Notes: generated by a model not told the origin, from the letters alone. A stretch of DNA of 60,626 nt, filler included, from Squatina squatina (GCA_031763465.1; 4 parts of 4 records of this genome joined end to end with filler, not necessarily neighbours in it); one strand, 5' to 3'. Positions 36,998-49,957 are shown, counted from the whole stretch's first letter. Program-made: numbers and translations.

Positions 36998-37220
36998 TAT
37001 CTGTGTGTGCATCTGTATGTATGTGTGTATGCGTGTGTGTATGTCTGTGTGTGCGTCTGTGTGTGCATCTGTCTGTGTGTGTATGTCTGTATGCATGTGT
37101 GTGCATCTGTCTCTGTGTTTGTGTGTGTGTATGTCTGTATGTGTGTCTGTGTGTGTTTATGTATGTGTATGTGTGTGTCTCGCTCTGTATATATATATGT
37201 CTGTCTGTGTGTGTCCCTAT
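36998..37220. repeat. Degenerate (GT)n microsatellite
   Basis: gtgtgt/atctgt units; reverse complement of the 29.5-31.9 kb repeat type. Confidence 0.95.
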
Positions 37221-38145
37221 NNNNNNNNNNNNNNNNNNNNNNNNNNNNNNNNNNNNNNNNNNNNNNNNNNNNNNNNNNNNNNNNNNNNNNNNNNNNNNNN
37301 NNNNNNNNNNNNNNNNNNNNNNNNNNNNNNNNNNNNNNNNNNNNNNNNNNNNNNNNNNNNNNNNNNGTCCCTCCTGTGCTATTAATATTACCACAGAAGA
37401 GTAGACTCATCTGTCTGTGGCTGTGAATTCATTCATAGCTAATCATGACGCTTAATCTCCCTGAACCCTGCTCACTGCAGCCTGAATACAAACAAGCCAA
37501 TGACGCAAATGCAAAGAGCAGAGCTGGAATGGGAAGATTAATGACAATCCGATTGCACTCTGTGATCTACTCTGAGTCTCAAATCAGACTTGAAAGTGTT
37601 GCTCACAGCCTGAGGCAATGGAGGAGCACAGCTGGCTCATCTGTTAGGTCTGCTTGATGTAGAAGGGTGCATTTGCACACAGCCAGACATAGTTTGATGG
37701 ACTGAGGTCGGAAAAACTTCAGTCACATATTTATCTGTTCTGGTACTAACCATTTCGCTGCTATTTGCAATTCATAAAATATTGCAACATCTCTGATGGT
37801 TTGGGAGTATGTTTTCTCTTTTGTTCCCAAGGAAGCTCCCAACAGGCCAGTGATCGTTTACACTGACTTANNNNNNNNNNNNNNNNNNNNNNNNNNNNNN
37901 NNNNNNNNNNNNNNNNNNNNNNNNNNNNNNNNNNNNNNNNNNNNNNNNNNNNNNNNNNNNNNNNNNNNNNATGACATCACCAGACCCGCTTGCTCAAATT
38001 GGCCTGGGAAACGCGCTGGGCGGGCTTAACAAGCCCAAGCAAGGGAAATTCATTCTACACAGCAGGATGGAGCCAGCAGCGGGGTCCAGGACCCGCCACC
38101 AACATCGCTCGCCATGGACCCGCCAAGGTTCATAAATTCGCAGCC

Positions 38146-38345
38146 AATGTTTCAGGTCAACAACCGCTCATCAGAATTGGAGATGTTCGAGATGAACAGC
38201 TTTTGAGCAAATACAGAGCCATGGAAAAGTTGGGGGTGGGTGGTGCGGGGGGAGGGGGCGTGTGGGGGTGGTGTGGCGGAGGCAGAAAAAGAACGAACGG
38301 GAGAGGTCTGTGATATGGTGGAGAGCAGGAGTGAGTAAATGGTGA
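38146..38345 (-). mobile_element. Penelope-like element 3'/pseudo-LTR fragment with hammerhead core
   Basis: Minus strand reads atcacagacctctcccgttcgttctttt...ccaattCTGATGAgcggttgttgacctGAAACatt; related to 54800-54981. Confidence 0.6.
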
Positions 38346-39284
38346 ACAGAATATTCAAGTTAGGTACTCGGAGTGGTAAACGAGTTGCTTTCCATGGAAT
38401 ATCTCACGCAGAGGAGTTTAAACACGGATACCCCAATCCATCGGCCATGACACACATTTCCCAATATTTCAAATCACAGGATGATTTGCCTCAGCAGACC
38501 ATGACTCCACATTCCCAGGAAGCAGTGAGATACATTTTGCCTCACTGAACAAGCAGTTGACTTTTGAAAACCACGTATTGATTTCAGTAATGTTTACAAC
38601 CAACGGGGGCAGCGGTTAATCTCCTCTATCAGTTAATCAGCTCCAACACCCACAGAACACTTGTAGTGTTTACAATTCTGGAATCTGAGAGAACCTACCT
38701 CTCTCAGTGTAAATTATCAGAGATGAGAGGCAGCCATGAAATTGGAATGTCTCTAAATATATCAACAACATTGCTGTGCTCTGAGCAATAGCTCTCTTCT
38801 CATTATCCACTTGTCATTAAAATTATCTCTCACTTTCATTAACATACAGATTAGGAGCAATGCTATTACATCACTGTTACATCATGAGATTATAACCAGA
38901 CCCCTTCTCAGTCTGCACAAATGCCTCACAGATTCAAAAACACCCCCAACTCTATCAACTATTTCACTCCAAGTTATTCACAGTGTGAGCCCATCTCCCT
39001 GCTCTTTGTGGAGGTCTCTCAAGTAATGAGAGTCTCACAGCCTGATTCTCTCCAGGTCTGACCTTGTTTTCATGACTATGTTTGGATGGTCTCAGGTGCT
39101 TGAATAATGCAATAGTAACTTATTGAGATGCGGTAAGGCAGGTTATCACTTACTACATCCCAACATGGAACTGCTTGATCAATCAGCTTAGACAGAGCCT
39201 TACTTTGCACTGAACCTGTGGCTTGCCTGACACCGTGGTAATAATGATCTGATGCCAGCACTGACCTCGAGGGACAAAAAAAAA

Positions 39285-39415
39285 ATTGTAGCAAAACATC
39301 TTAAGGCGCTTCACAGGAGCATTATCAATAAAAATAATGTTGACACCAGGCCACAGAAGGAGCTATCAGGGCAGGCGACCAGAAGCTTGGTCAAAGCGGT
39401 AGGTTTTAAGGAGCA
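39285..39415 (-). mobile_element. L2 LINE 3' end fragment
   Basis: aaggcgcttcacaggagcattatca...agcttggtcaaagcggtaggttttaaggagc; same family as 25718-26150. Confidence 0.75.
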
Positions 39416-40174
39416 NNNNNNNNNNNNNNNNNNNNNNNNNNNNNNNNNNNNNNNNNNNNNNNNNNNNNNNNNNNNNNNNNNNNNNNNNNNNNNNNNNNNN
39501 NNNNNNNNNNNNNNNTTGTGGTAAATAATCTATTTACAGTGCATTTATGGCCATGGGAATCTAGCTTTGCGGTAAGTTAGTGGTTCGCTCTTTTACACAC
39601 TTGCAGCTTAATCGTGTAATTGGCAGAATCTGTATTTGTCATTTTGTTATACACAGTAGGGAGAATGGTTTCAAACATGGCTGTCAGGAGTATGCAAGCG
39701 CCTCATGAATCGAAAAAAAATCCTGACTTCAGATATTATTCAATACAAATAGTGATATTGACTCCACACGTGTGGTACAAAGACCTACAATAGCGTTATG
39801 CTGTTTGTATTATAAATATAATAATAGATACCAGGGAGTGATTACAAGGCTGTAATTTAACCTCAGGGTTCATTCAAATTATATGCTTTGCTCCTGCAGT
39901 CTGGGGCATCTTGCATGCTTCTTTGGCTTCCTTGCTGGCGTGTGATTCTGTGTGTGTTTTGGAGCAGGTAAACAGCCTGAGAGTTTTGCTGAGATCATAT
40001 TGCAAACCCAATTTCACATTGCAATATGAAGGCTGATGGATGCCACATATTGTGTTATCCTTGTCTGCATGCGTGTGCCGTGTTTGTTTTGTGCTTTGTA
40101 ATTCTCATTGTGCCTGCAGATTGACAGATAGACTGATCTTCCAGTCTGGCTTGTGTGGTGAGAGGGGGAGAGCC

Positions 40175-40430
40175 CTGATTGGTGGCTGCACGTCCCCCTG
40201 GTTATGATGCTGCATTCTCATTGGTTTACAAACTCTTCTCCCAATTGGCCTATCTCAACTGGGCTGTGGTTGGCGGTCACTTTTTTTTTTGCAGTTGCAT
40301 TTTCATTGGCGGTGGCGGGCAATGTCACGATTGTGATTGGTGGCGGGCGCGACTGCTTGCTTTTGATTGGGGGTTGCTGGCCGTGGGCGGCGCCGATTGT
40401 CAGCTGGCCGCTCCGGGTCCCTTTAAATGT
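40175..40430. promoter_or_regulatory. CCAAT-box/GC-box cluster (promoter-like)
   Basis: ATTGG at 40178, 40220, 40244, 40305, 40336 and 40366 (ATTGT at 40396), interleaved GGCGGG/GGGCGG motifs, TTTAAA at 40422; CpG-rich. Confidence 0.45.
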
Positions 40431-40459
40431 ACCTCAGCTGGAGCCAGATACCCAACAAA

Positions 40460-40655
40460 AAGAAAGAAATTGCATTAACATAGCACCTTTTTACAACGTT
40501 CCGAAGTGCTTTAAGCCAATTAAGTATTTTTGAAACGTGGACACTGTTCTAATGTAGGGAAACACTGCAGCTAATTTGCATAGAAACATAGAAACATAGA
40601 AAATAGGTGCAGGAGAAGGCCATTCGGCCCTTCGAGCCTGCACCGCCATTCAACA
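40460..40655 (-). mobile_element. Deu-SINE 3' tail abutting a CR1 3' tail
   Basis: ttgcattaacatagcacc...gtagggaaacactgcagctaatttgca, then (tagaaaca)n aataggtgcaggagaaggccattcggcccttcgagcctgcaccgcc. Confidence 0.8.
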
Positions 40656-41320
40656 NNNNNNNNNNNNNNNNNNNNNNNNNNNNNNNNNNNNNNNNNNNNN
40701 NNNNNNNNNNNNNNNNNNNNNNNNNNNNNNNNNNNNNNNNNNNNNNNNNNNNNNNCAGGAGAGTGAAAGGCGAGAGCTGTTATAACAAGCTGGGAGGGGG
40801 GGCCGGGGCGGGGCGCTGAATATCTCTAATGATCAGCAGTCCATCTGAGAGAGAGAGAGAAAAATCACAAGAGGCAGTTAAAGACAAGAAGAGCAGGGCA
40901 CTCCCAAACAAAGGAGAAAGTCAATGCTACCATCAGAGGCTGCTGCAGGCACAGTCAATTCCATCCTTGCACTGCATCTGGGCTACACTGTGACCAGGTA
41001 TCCCAGCACTAAGGTGAGGCACCTTGCAACTGCACAACAATAGAAATAAATGTTATTCCAATTGTTTGTGCCCACTCAAGCTTTCTCAGAAACTCAACAC
41101 GGATGCAATTTTCTTCTCTCCTGATGATGGTGACTCATGCTTGGGTTCATTTCCATGGGTGCCAGCTGCCATTTAGTACCTCACCCAAGCGGCCATTTTC
41201 CTTTGCGTGTCTGGACAATGAGCGTGGGCGGGCTATTCGACTGAGGAGGGCGGCGCAGTTTGATCCCAATGCTATCCTCACCCGTTGGCTACACATGTTC
41301 ACTTTCCAGCAAGAGTGACT

Positions 41321-41420
41321 NNNNNNNNNNNNNNNNNNNNNNNNNNNNNNNNNNNNNNNNNNNNTTAATTAATTAANNNNNNNNNNNNNNNNNNNNNNNN
41401 NNNNNNNNNNNNNNNNNNNN
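41321..41420. other. Artificial scaffold spacer with TTAATTAATTAA
   Basis: 12-mer at 41365-41376 flanked by 44 N on each side. Confidence 0.95.
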
Positions 41421-41595
41421 CGTTGCTGGGTCAAAATTCTGGAACTCCCTCCCTAACAGCATTGTGGGAGTACGTTCACTACACAGTCAGCAGCGGTTCA
41501 AGAAGACGGCTCACCACCACCTTCTCAAGGGCAATTAGGGATGGGCAATAAATGCTGGCTTTGCCAGCAATGCCCACATCCCATGAATTAATAAA
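41421..41595 (+). mobile_element. Non-LTR retrotransposon 3' end
   Basis: gctgggtcaaaattctggaactccctccctaacagc...cagcggttcaagaagacggctcaccaccaccttctcaagggcaattagggatgggcaataaatgctggc; a second copy lies on the minus strand at 50415-50770. Confidence 0.75.
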
Positions 41596-42108
41596 ATAAT
41601 ACAATTTTGCTCAATACAGCAGTTTAGTATCTGACCCATACTGTGTTCAATTGTGGCTTCCCCAATGGGAGAGCACGATTGTGAAATTACTCCTTCATTT
41701 CCAAAAAGAAACTGGGTATTATTGTCGTTAAATGCGCAAAGGAAAATCATTGAAATATTAAATGCTGCGTGAAATGGCGGGTTGTCTTCTTAAGTGCTGA
41801 TAGATAAATCCTTGTCAGAATAACCTAATGCACAAATGACCATTATAGGTTTCCCAATTTAGATCCAAAGGGATTATATGACAAATAAATATTGCTGCCT
41901 ATCATCAACCCCCATTTGATTCTACCCTTAGTGGTATGATAAGTTGCTGCGATCACATGTTGGTAGCAGTGGAGTTTGGCCAGCTGTCTATTGATCTTAA
42001 CTTATAATTTGGTGACATTTCATGTAATTTTCATGTAAACCACATAGTATGTGGTAAAATAAAGGCAAAATTAGTCTAACCAAAGAGAATTATGTTTAAA
42101 CTTATTAC

Positions 42109-42183
42109 CTCCTGGTTAGCAGCTGCCAATTCCTCTTCCAGTGTTGATACCCTCTCCAGAGCAATTCGTAGACGTTCCCTCAC
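42109..42183 (-). CDS. PPFIA2: Liprin-alpha coiled-coil exon
   Basis: ctgaag|GTG AGG...CAG GAG|gtaata; 75 nt; VRERLRIALERVSTLEEELAAANQE (PPFIA2: VRERLRVSLERVSALEEELAAANQE). Confidence 0.85.
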
Positions 42184-43793
42184 CTTCAGATAAAACACAA
42201 CAGATTCGTATAAATTGTAGGCATTTTTGTGTGCAAATGCATCGTAATGCTATTTATTGAACTGATGTAGTTCAACATTATAATTCCATAATTGATTAAT
42301 TAGGTCCAATGTTATTGCTGATTAAATAATTAAAAAATTTTCACTTTAGTCCACTTTTGCCTNNNNNNNNNNNNNNNNNNNNNNNNNNNNNNNNNNNNNN
42401 NNNNNNNNNNNNNNNNNNNNNNNNNNNNNNNNNNNNNNNNNNNNNNNNNNNNNNNNNNNNNNCACTGCTTTAGCGCTGGGGTAGTTCCACTGATCGGCGT
42501 TACCACGTGTCTAAAGCAGACCAATTGGGCCCCCAAAGTTCCGTGTAGCCTCTCCCACAATGTACAGCAGATGGCTAGAATAGTGTGGCAGTCCATTACC
42601 CTGCTGTGAGCCAACATCTGAGAGGTTCATTTTATTCCACTGCATTCTGGAGAAAGTAGCAGCTCCAGAAACATCTGCATACCATCCTCTGCTCCATGAA
42701 AGACCCAGGCAAGTCAGTCAGTTCAATGTGGGGGCACTGGATGAACGAGTCTTGGGGACAGGATATTGAAATCAATGGAAATAAAAATAGGGAGAGATGT
42801 AAAACGGCTGCCGACTCACGAGCACCCACCTTAAACTATTGCACAATATCAAAATTGACTCCAACATCTCTAAAAAGGAGGGGAGAAAATTAGAAAAGTG
42901 AAGAAAAAAATGAAAGTTTGACCTTTTATTACAATATGGGGGTATAAAATGTAATGAAATAATTTGCAGAATTTAATTTATTGAGCAAGCAAGGTGAAGC
43001 TGCCAAGGCCCGTTGTAAAATAGAAAGATACAAGAAAGGTTGAAATGCAGACTAGGGTTGACAAAGAGATCACTTATTAGGTGACAAGCTTATTCTTGTC
43101 TTCCATCCAGGAGTGTGAGAGAGTGTTCGATGAGCCTTCTCAGATGGAAATCATATTCAAGTCTTGCACAGACTTGGGCTTTATAGTGAGTTAAGGATGT
43201 TTGAGAGGAAAAAGGGTTGGCACAAAAATGGAAACCAAACTTGTTCAAGAGCTTTAGCAATGAAGGAGACTTGAGAGTACATTTGAGGTGAGAAGATAAT
43301 AGTGTGGCTTATAATGTCAATGGATGATGAACGAGTAAAGGTGCAGCCATTAAAAGTAAAAGTTCAAGGATTTAAATAAACAATATTTTCTTTGCCTCAT
43401 CGAAGACTAAATGAGAAGCATATGCCAACACTTATATCATAAATGTCTGCGAGGAGCTCCACTGGCATAGCATTTGGTGTTCTGTGACAGCAAGACGTTA
43501 TGCATTAATTAAAGGTTGTTATAAATAGCCTGCATCTGATTTGTTAACACCTGCTGTGACAACATGTTAAAACCTTTATGGTCTTAATGATGTCCTGTTG
43601 TCCTTGCAGTGATTCTGTCAGGGTTACAGTAAAACATTGCAAAAAACAAAGTTAGCCAGAATATTTCCTATGGTCAAGAATAAAAACACATTTNNNNNNN
43701 NNNNNNNNNNNNNNNNNNNNNNNNNNNNNNNNNNNNNNNNNNNNNNNNNNNNNNNNNNNNNNNNNNNNNNNNNNNNNNNNNNNNNNNNNNNNN

Positions 43794-44400
43794 GGAACCC
43801 ATTTTTTAAGTGCTATGTGGCCACATAAGGATCGAACATGGGGTCTGAGATGCACGTGCACGCTTCCAATGGGAAGTGCGCAAGCCGGCATCTTGGTAAA
43901 GGGGTTTGTGTGCGCACCCCTAACAACTGCTGGCTACATGTAGAGCAGTGAGATTGTGATGTGAATCAGTGTGCAATGCTGATTTGACGCCAGCACTGCC
44001 ATTTTCGAATTCCATACTCAAGCCAACACCCTATCTTAACCTCGAACAGTTGAACATGACATTAAACGGAATAAAGGACCCCCCATCAGTGCTATTTAAA
44101 GGGATCATGAACTACTTACAGGTTAGTTGCTGGATTATTTCTTCTGGCTACTGGTGCAATTGTACGTGTTTTTGGAGATTTCCTGCACTTGGCTAAAGTT
44201 TGAATAGGTGGTGTTGAAGTCGTATTTGGTCATTTAAAATTTTGCCCTGAAACAAGTTGCTTCCAGATATGGGTGGTCTGGTAGATCTTCCTCTGGGAAT
44301 TAATCATGACTAGGAGAATGAAGAGAGGCCACGTAGAGCAGGACCAACTGCTTGAAGAGGGAGGAGGAGGAGGAGGGGGAGAAGTGCTCTCAGCTCTCAG
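43794..44400 (+). mobile_element. Harbinger element 5' region (decayed)
   Basis: gccggcatcttggtaaagggg...gtgctatttaaagggatcatg...aggttagttgc...(gag)n segment resembling the start of the shark Harbinger transposase gene (from recall). Confidence 0.45.
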
Positions 44401-46495
44401 NNNNNNNNNNNNNNNNNNNNNNNNNNNNNNNNNNNNNNNNNNNNNNNNNNNNNNNNNNNNNNNNNNNNNNNNNNNNNNNNNNNNNNNNNNNNNNNNNNNN
44501 GTGTTCAGATCAAGCAGGGTTAGAAGGTGGAATAACTGGGCTGAGGCAGGTGAAAAAGCAGATGAGAGGGGGAAAGAGGGTGAGGGTTAGAATACTGGGT
44601 TATGCATTATGCATTATTTCTCTGTTATGTATAGGAAGCATACTCTGTTTTTGTAGGTCCTCTGATGGTCCTTTGTGTGTTCTGGGAGTAATACACCTTC
44701 TATGCCGTCTGTACTCCCAGACTGTCCTCCCCACTATGCCTCTGGTACTTAAATTGCCTAGCAACTGCAGCTGCTTTCATGCCGTGTGCCGGAAAACTCC
44801 TACATATTATTCACTCCTATCATTGCTGTGGTGATGTTCCTCGTTCAGCTAACTAATTGTAGGTCTTATTAGGAATTCAGTAAGTGCTGTTCATATGTCC
44901 CCCCCTCCGTGTGTCATTTTGCATGCATTATTTATGACTTGCTTTTAATAAACAAATATCTGCTTCTTACTTTTGACTAATCTTCTTGAAAACCCATTTT
45001 CAGATATTATGAGTTCTCATAGCAGAGCTAGAAATAGGTGAACAATGCATTAGCAATTTCTTCTAATATTGCATCCTTAATCATGGATATCTAATTTTCA
45101 TAAACATTATAAAGTACAGGAAAATATGGACTCATATTTTCTTCCTTATAATGTGGAAACTAATTTAGGATTTAGCTCATCTCAGCTAGGCGAGTAAGGA
45201 ACACCACAGTTGGTCTCAGCATTCCCAAATTTGTTGATGATGCACATAAATAATTAATATGTTGCCAGCAGTAATAGAAATTCAGTGTTCAATGTGCTAA
45301 TTTATGTGAAGTTACTTTGCATCTTAGTATAAAATGTGTGAAGAGGAGTATTTTTGTTCTGCTACTTCAAACAAGAGTATGTCAACAATCTAAACTAACA
45401 ATGAACAAGATACAGCTTAAAGAGCAACGCGTTGCATGTCCAAATAAAATGTAATCATTGACACATATTGGCTCTGAAACTCCGCAGGACCATTCTGCCT
45501 GTAGAACATGCACGAGTGACCTCTGCTCCTGACTTCGCCTAAGTATCTGAGGTCAGGAAAAGTTCACCTCATTTGAATACTGCTATTGGAAGCTCATTCC
45601 ATGATGGATATATCCTCGGTGCCTGCTGGGGGCCCAGGGGGGAGCGTGGCGCAAGAATGCCGCATAGACCACTCACGGGCGAGGAACTGTCACTGACACT
45701 GGAGTTCTCTTCTTATAAAGGTGGCCAATCTCAAGAAAGAGCTCCCTATTGTCTTTGTGGATGCAAGCCTGGATCCTTAGCAGGGCCTCACTTGCACTGT
45801 GCCAAGGGCCAGTACACTAGGCATACCTCGACCTACTAACCACTTCATATACCTTAAGCTGGGGATGAGGATATTCCCAACTTCAAAATTCCCTTCCTCA
45901 GTACTGACCCCTCTGAGGTTTTGTCTCAAATAGGCATCCCTGGAAATTTGGATAGCCAATCCCCGACAATATTATGAGACTTCCACTGCACTCTTGGTGG
46001 ACTTAGATGGGAGTGCTCCAAAATGGCTTGCAGATTTTCAGGGCCAATATATTATTTTGAAGTTACATTCTCCATATCTGTCAGCCCTCAATAAAAGAAA
46101 CAAATTGAAGAGAATCCGAAATAACATCTGCAGATTAAAATATTCTCAAGCTTGTGGCTAACAAATAGTTCAATCCATTGCACTGAAGTGTCAGCTAAAA
46201 TTTTAATGGCACATGTAATATTCTGAGGAGNNNNNNNNNNNNNNNNNNNNNNNNNNNNNNNNNNNNNNNNNNNNNNNNNNNNNNNNNNNNNNNNNNNNNN
46301 NNNNNNNNNNNNNNNNNNNNNNNNNNNNNNAACATCTGGACGCCCCTGGTGGTAAAAATCATGAAGACAAAAATCTTAATGTAAAGAAAAGACAAAAATC
46401 GAGCACCAGAAAGATGGCTCTACAGTTGCAATAATGCACATTATAGGTAGTTATGATGGATTGTAGCATTGCTTTAAGAAGTCCGAGGTGCCTAC

Positions 46496-46735
46496 CTGGG
46501 GCAGTGCAGAGTTAAGCTGGCGCTGCAGAGAGTCCCTGTCGTAGATGACATCCTGGAGTTTGCCTTGTGCCAACGCCAAGCTCTCCTGGGTCTCCCGGAG
46601 GGTGTCGAGCAGCCGGTCCCGTTCATCCAGCATGTTCACCATCAACTGCTCGAAATTGGAGTCCTCCGAGCTGCTCTGGGAGCCCCTCTGGCTGAGGGTG
46701 TCCTCGCTGATCGTGGGCATCACCTCGCACATCAT
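46496..46735 (-). CDS. PPFIA2: Liprin-alpha first coding exon
   Basis: [80 protein letters not shown]|gtaggc. SQRGSQSS and [14 protein letters not shown] favour PPFIA2 over PPFIA1/3/4. Confidence 0.88.
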
Positions 46736-47000
46736 CGTCCTCTCAGTCCCTCAGGCTGGCAGCCGGGCAAAGAGCTTCCAGCACAAAACAAACAGGGAAT
46801 AGTATTTTTTTTTAAAGAAATAAAATCCGCGCGGACACCACACCCAAACGTGCGGTTTAGTGAAGGAGGAACNNNNNNNNNNNNNNNNNNNNNNNNNNNN
46901 NNNNNNNNNNNNNNNNNNNNNNNNNNNNNNNNNNNNNNNNNNNNNNNNNNNNNNNNNNNNNNNNNNNNNNNNGTTTGAAGGGTCAAGCTGAAGAAGGAAG

Positions 47001-47769
47001 TTGGAGGTGTTTGGTGTTGGGAAGAAGAGCAGACAAGATGTGAGAATGGATTCAGGATGCTCAAAGAGAGCGCCCAGATTTAACAATGCCTCCCTTCATG
47101 CTCTGCTGAGGGCAGTGAGGACTCGGAGAGAGGTCCTGTTCCCCAGAAACAGGATGATGGTGTGGCTAGTGGTGGGCCAGGAGGTTAGCAGCAGGAGAAT
47201 TGTCCCCATCTATCCATCCACTACTGCCACTCCCCCTCATCCAGTTCAGGCCTCTCCCTGATAATGAACACTTACTATTACACTCACTCATAGGTCTGTT
47301 CTTTCTCCAGTTGCAGGAGAAGAGAGCACAGAACACGAGGGAGAGGGAGAGAACTGGAGGTGGGCCTCCACAGATTTCCCAGCTCACAAGTGCAGAGGAG
47401 GAAGCGCTGGAGATCAGTGAAGTTTCGACATCCCTGGCTGTCAGAGATGGGGAGAGGGGGACCCTGCAACTACCTGGTGACACAATTAAATAACAGCCAC
47501 CCACAGGTCATACTGACTTGGTTTTAACAGCAAGTGAAATATGATCATCTTCAGAATGATAAGGCACAACATTCTTACCTTGCCAGTACTAGTTGATATC
47601 TTTTATCTCTGACAGGGCCTTCACGCGTGCAGCAGCAGTTGCTGGAGGCTGCGGGTGATGATTCCTCAGAGGAACTGAATCATTCTGAGGGTGCACCGTC
47701 ACAGGAGTCATGCATTCCACACACCAGCTCAGATACTCACACTTCGGTGGGACCAGTTAGACAAATAGT
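47001..47769 (+). mobile_element. Harbinger Myb/SANT-like DNA-binding gene remnant (three exons)
   Basis: KRAPRFNNASLHALLRAVRTRREVLFP..W..VGQEVSSR; intron; EKRAQNTRERERTGGGPPQISQLTSAEEEALEI. R-TGGGP is a hallmark of the Myb_DNA-bind_5-type partner of HARBI1. Confidence 0.75.
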
Positions 47770-47869
47770 NNNNNNNNNNNNNNNNNNNNNNNNNNNNNNN
47801 NNNNNNNNNNNNNNNNNNNNNNNNNNNNNNNNNNNNNNNNNNNNNNNNNNNNNNNNNNNNNNNNNNNNN

Positions 47870-48028
47870 TGTATTACAAGGCTTGTCGCATAATGGGATG
47901 ATGCCTGAACTCCATAGAACAGAGGGGTGCAGTGGTTACAGTTCTGTACATCAATCTTGGCATTGTTTGATAGCAGCAATATCAGCAGGTCATTGCAACT
48001 ATCTTTAAGAGCGGCAAGGTGCAAAGCA
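47870..48028 (-). CDS. Unidentified ankyrin-repeat gene exon (3'-most visible, cut by a gap)
   Basis: cacacag|T GCT TTG CAC; (S)ALHLAALKDSCNDLLILLLSNNAKIDVQNCNHCTPLFYGVQ. Confidence 0.85.
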
Positions 48029-49082
48029 CTGTGTGTAGGAAACAGAAGAAATCACTTATTTATAAAAGGTATAAACCACAAAACAATAGAATATTAAAGC
48101 TAAACTTAATAAAATTAAGTTAATAGATTAGTTACTTTCATGAAAATAAAATCAATGAAAATCAACTGGTAAAAAACACAAGATTGAGGAAATTTGGAGA
48201 TGGGAACAGATCACTGACTAAATAAAAAGATCATGTGCCCCAGAAAAGACTGTATCCATTCCTGGAACGCCAGGGAATTACTGTAGGTGTGATTGGGGTT
48301 GAGCTGAAATAAATAGGCTGAGAAACACTGAAAATCTCTCTGAGGCCTAGCAGGGATGGATATGAGAAATAATAGAGGTGGATCTATTTAGAAGGAAAAT
48401 AACAACCCATAATGTGCTGGCTTATCACAGCAGCAACATGTTTTGATGTTTATTTTTGCCATTTTGGTATTGCATCAAAACTCCTGTTTTGTCAATGCTT
48501 TCTATATTTTTTGTCATTTTTAACACAGAATCAAAGTAAAAGTGGATGAAGTCTTGGCACAACAGCTCTACATGACATGATTTGGAGCCACCACAAAAGA
48601 GAGAAATTAGCTCCAACTATCCCAGACAATTCTGCTGGTGACGCAATGGGGGACTGGGGGAGTGGGGGATGGCGCGGGGAGCTGGACCTTGGGGTAGGAT
48701 CTAAACATTTTCTGAATGAAAAAGTTGATCCTGTTGTTACCTTCAAGAAAGGGTTGGTACAAGTGGTAGGCATTATTAGATTAATACTGATCTCACATAT
48801 TTTTGCAAATTTTAATTATATCACAACAGACTCAAGTAACTAAGCAAAACTCGTGCAGATAACACTAATCACATTTGTGAAAGAAATTGAATTTGCTCCT
48901 TACTGCATGACCTCCAACTGCTTGATTAGAAAAGGAAACATTTTAACCCAAAGAGGGATGCAAATTTGTTTAAAATTACACTGAAGGTGCATAACCTTTT
49001 GTCTGGATAACTAGAGGTTGTATCTGTTACTTTATTACATTACTTTTTTTCTTCACTACTTAAACTTGGATTTAAAATTTTA

Positions 49083-49789
49083 GGGGGTGAAATGCATTAT
49101 TGCCTCGTTTGGGGGCGGTAACAGTTGGGAGGCATGAGATTTAGCCCCTCTCAAAACATTTGGGTTACGGGCCCCCCCCCCGGAAGGAAGTGTAGTGCTA
49201 AATCAAACGCTCCACTTCCTTCCTGGGGCGCTAGCCAGGCGGACGCCTCAGCAGTGCTTCGCGCTGGGCCATGCAGCACTTCGGCATCTGAGGGGCCTTT
49301 CCCGCACTTGAAGGGAAGGGCCATGCTGCAACTCTGCAGAAGAAAAAGGGGCCTACCTGGACCACCATGGAGCTGGGGTGCTGCACGATCAACCCGGCAC
49401 TCAAGCAGAGTGCCATGCTGAACGATTGCAGCCAGGACCCCCGTTCAGGGTCGGCAAGAAGGTAGTTTTTAAAAAAAAATTTGGCTTGGCCACCTTGCCT
49501 TTAAATTTCGCCCTGGTAGTGGCCGGCTGTCCGAGGTGCGCCTCCTGCAGCTGCTGGTGTCTTCGCCTGTAATTTCAGGGCCGGAACGCTAACGGAGTAA
49601 TGTATGAGGTGGTGACATCACGATTTCCGGGTGTAGGAGTTCGGGCCTCAAAGTGCTGCCGCGAAACTCCTGCCCAATATGGCATGAATCGCTGCCAGCG
49701 CCTTGCCCGAGCAGTAAGGCATTTGTGTCCCATTAGCGCTCCCGCCAGGGACACTAACGGGAGGCACAAATGCACCGAATTTCTAGCCC
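49083..49789. mobile_element. Harbinger-like non-autonomous element (~700 bp)
   Basis: Left end gggggtgaaatgc, right end gaatttctagccc; GC-rich; same family as 1500-1885; intronic. Confidence 0.65.
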
Positions 49790-49879
49790 ATAGCATTTTA
49801 AGTATAATGAACTGAATTTGCTCACAACAACGTGCTTCTATATACCCAAGTAATAATTGCAATTGTTCATATTTCTTAC

Positions 49880-49957
49880 CTATCACCATGTTCGTCAACT
49901 GCATTAATATTGACTCCATTCCTTATAAGAAATTCCAGACACTGAGCTTTTCCTTGC
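49880..49957 (-). CDS. Ankyrin-repeat gene exon
   Basis: gtacag|G CAA GGA...GAT AG|gtaaga; QGKAQCLEFLIRNGVNINAVDEHGD; joins both neighbouring exons in frame. Confidence 0.88.

Noticed and set aside
36638-37426. 262-aa ORF containing an RT motif
   Set aside because: A chimera of flanking DNA, a short CR1 fragment, gaps and a GT repeat.
47001-47769. Domesticated MSANTD/NAIF1-like host gene
   Set aside because: The Myb domain has internal deletions and stops, and related decayed copies occur elsewhere in the window, indicating transposon remnants.
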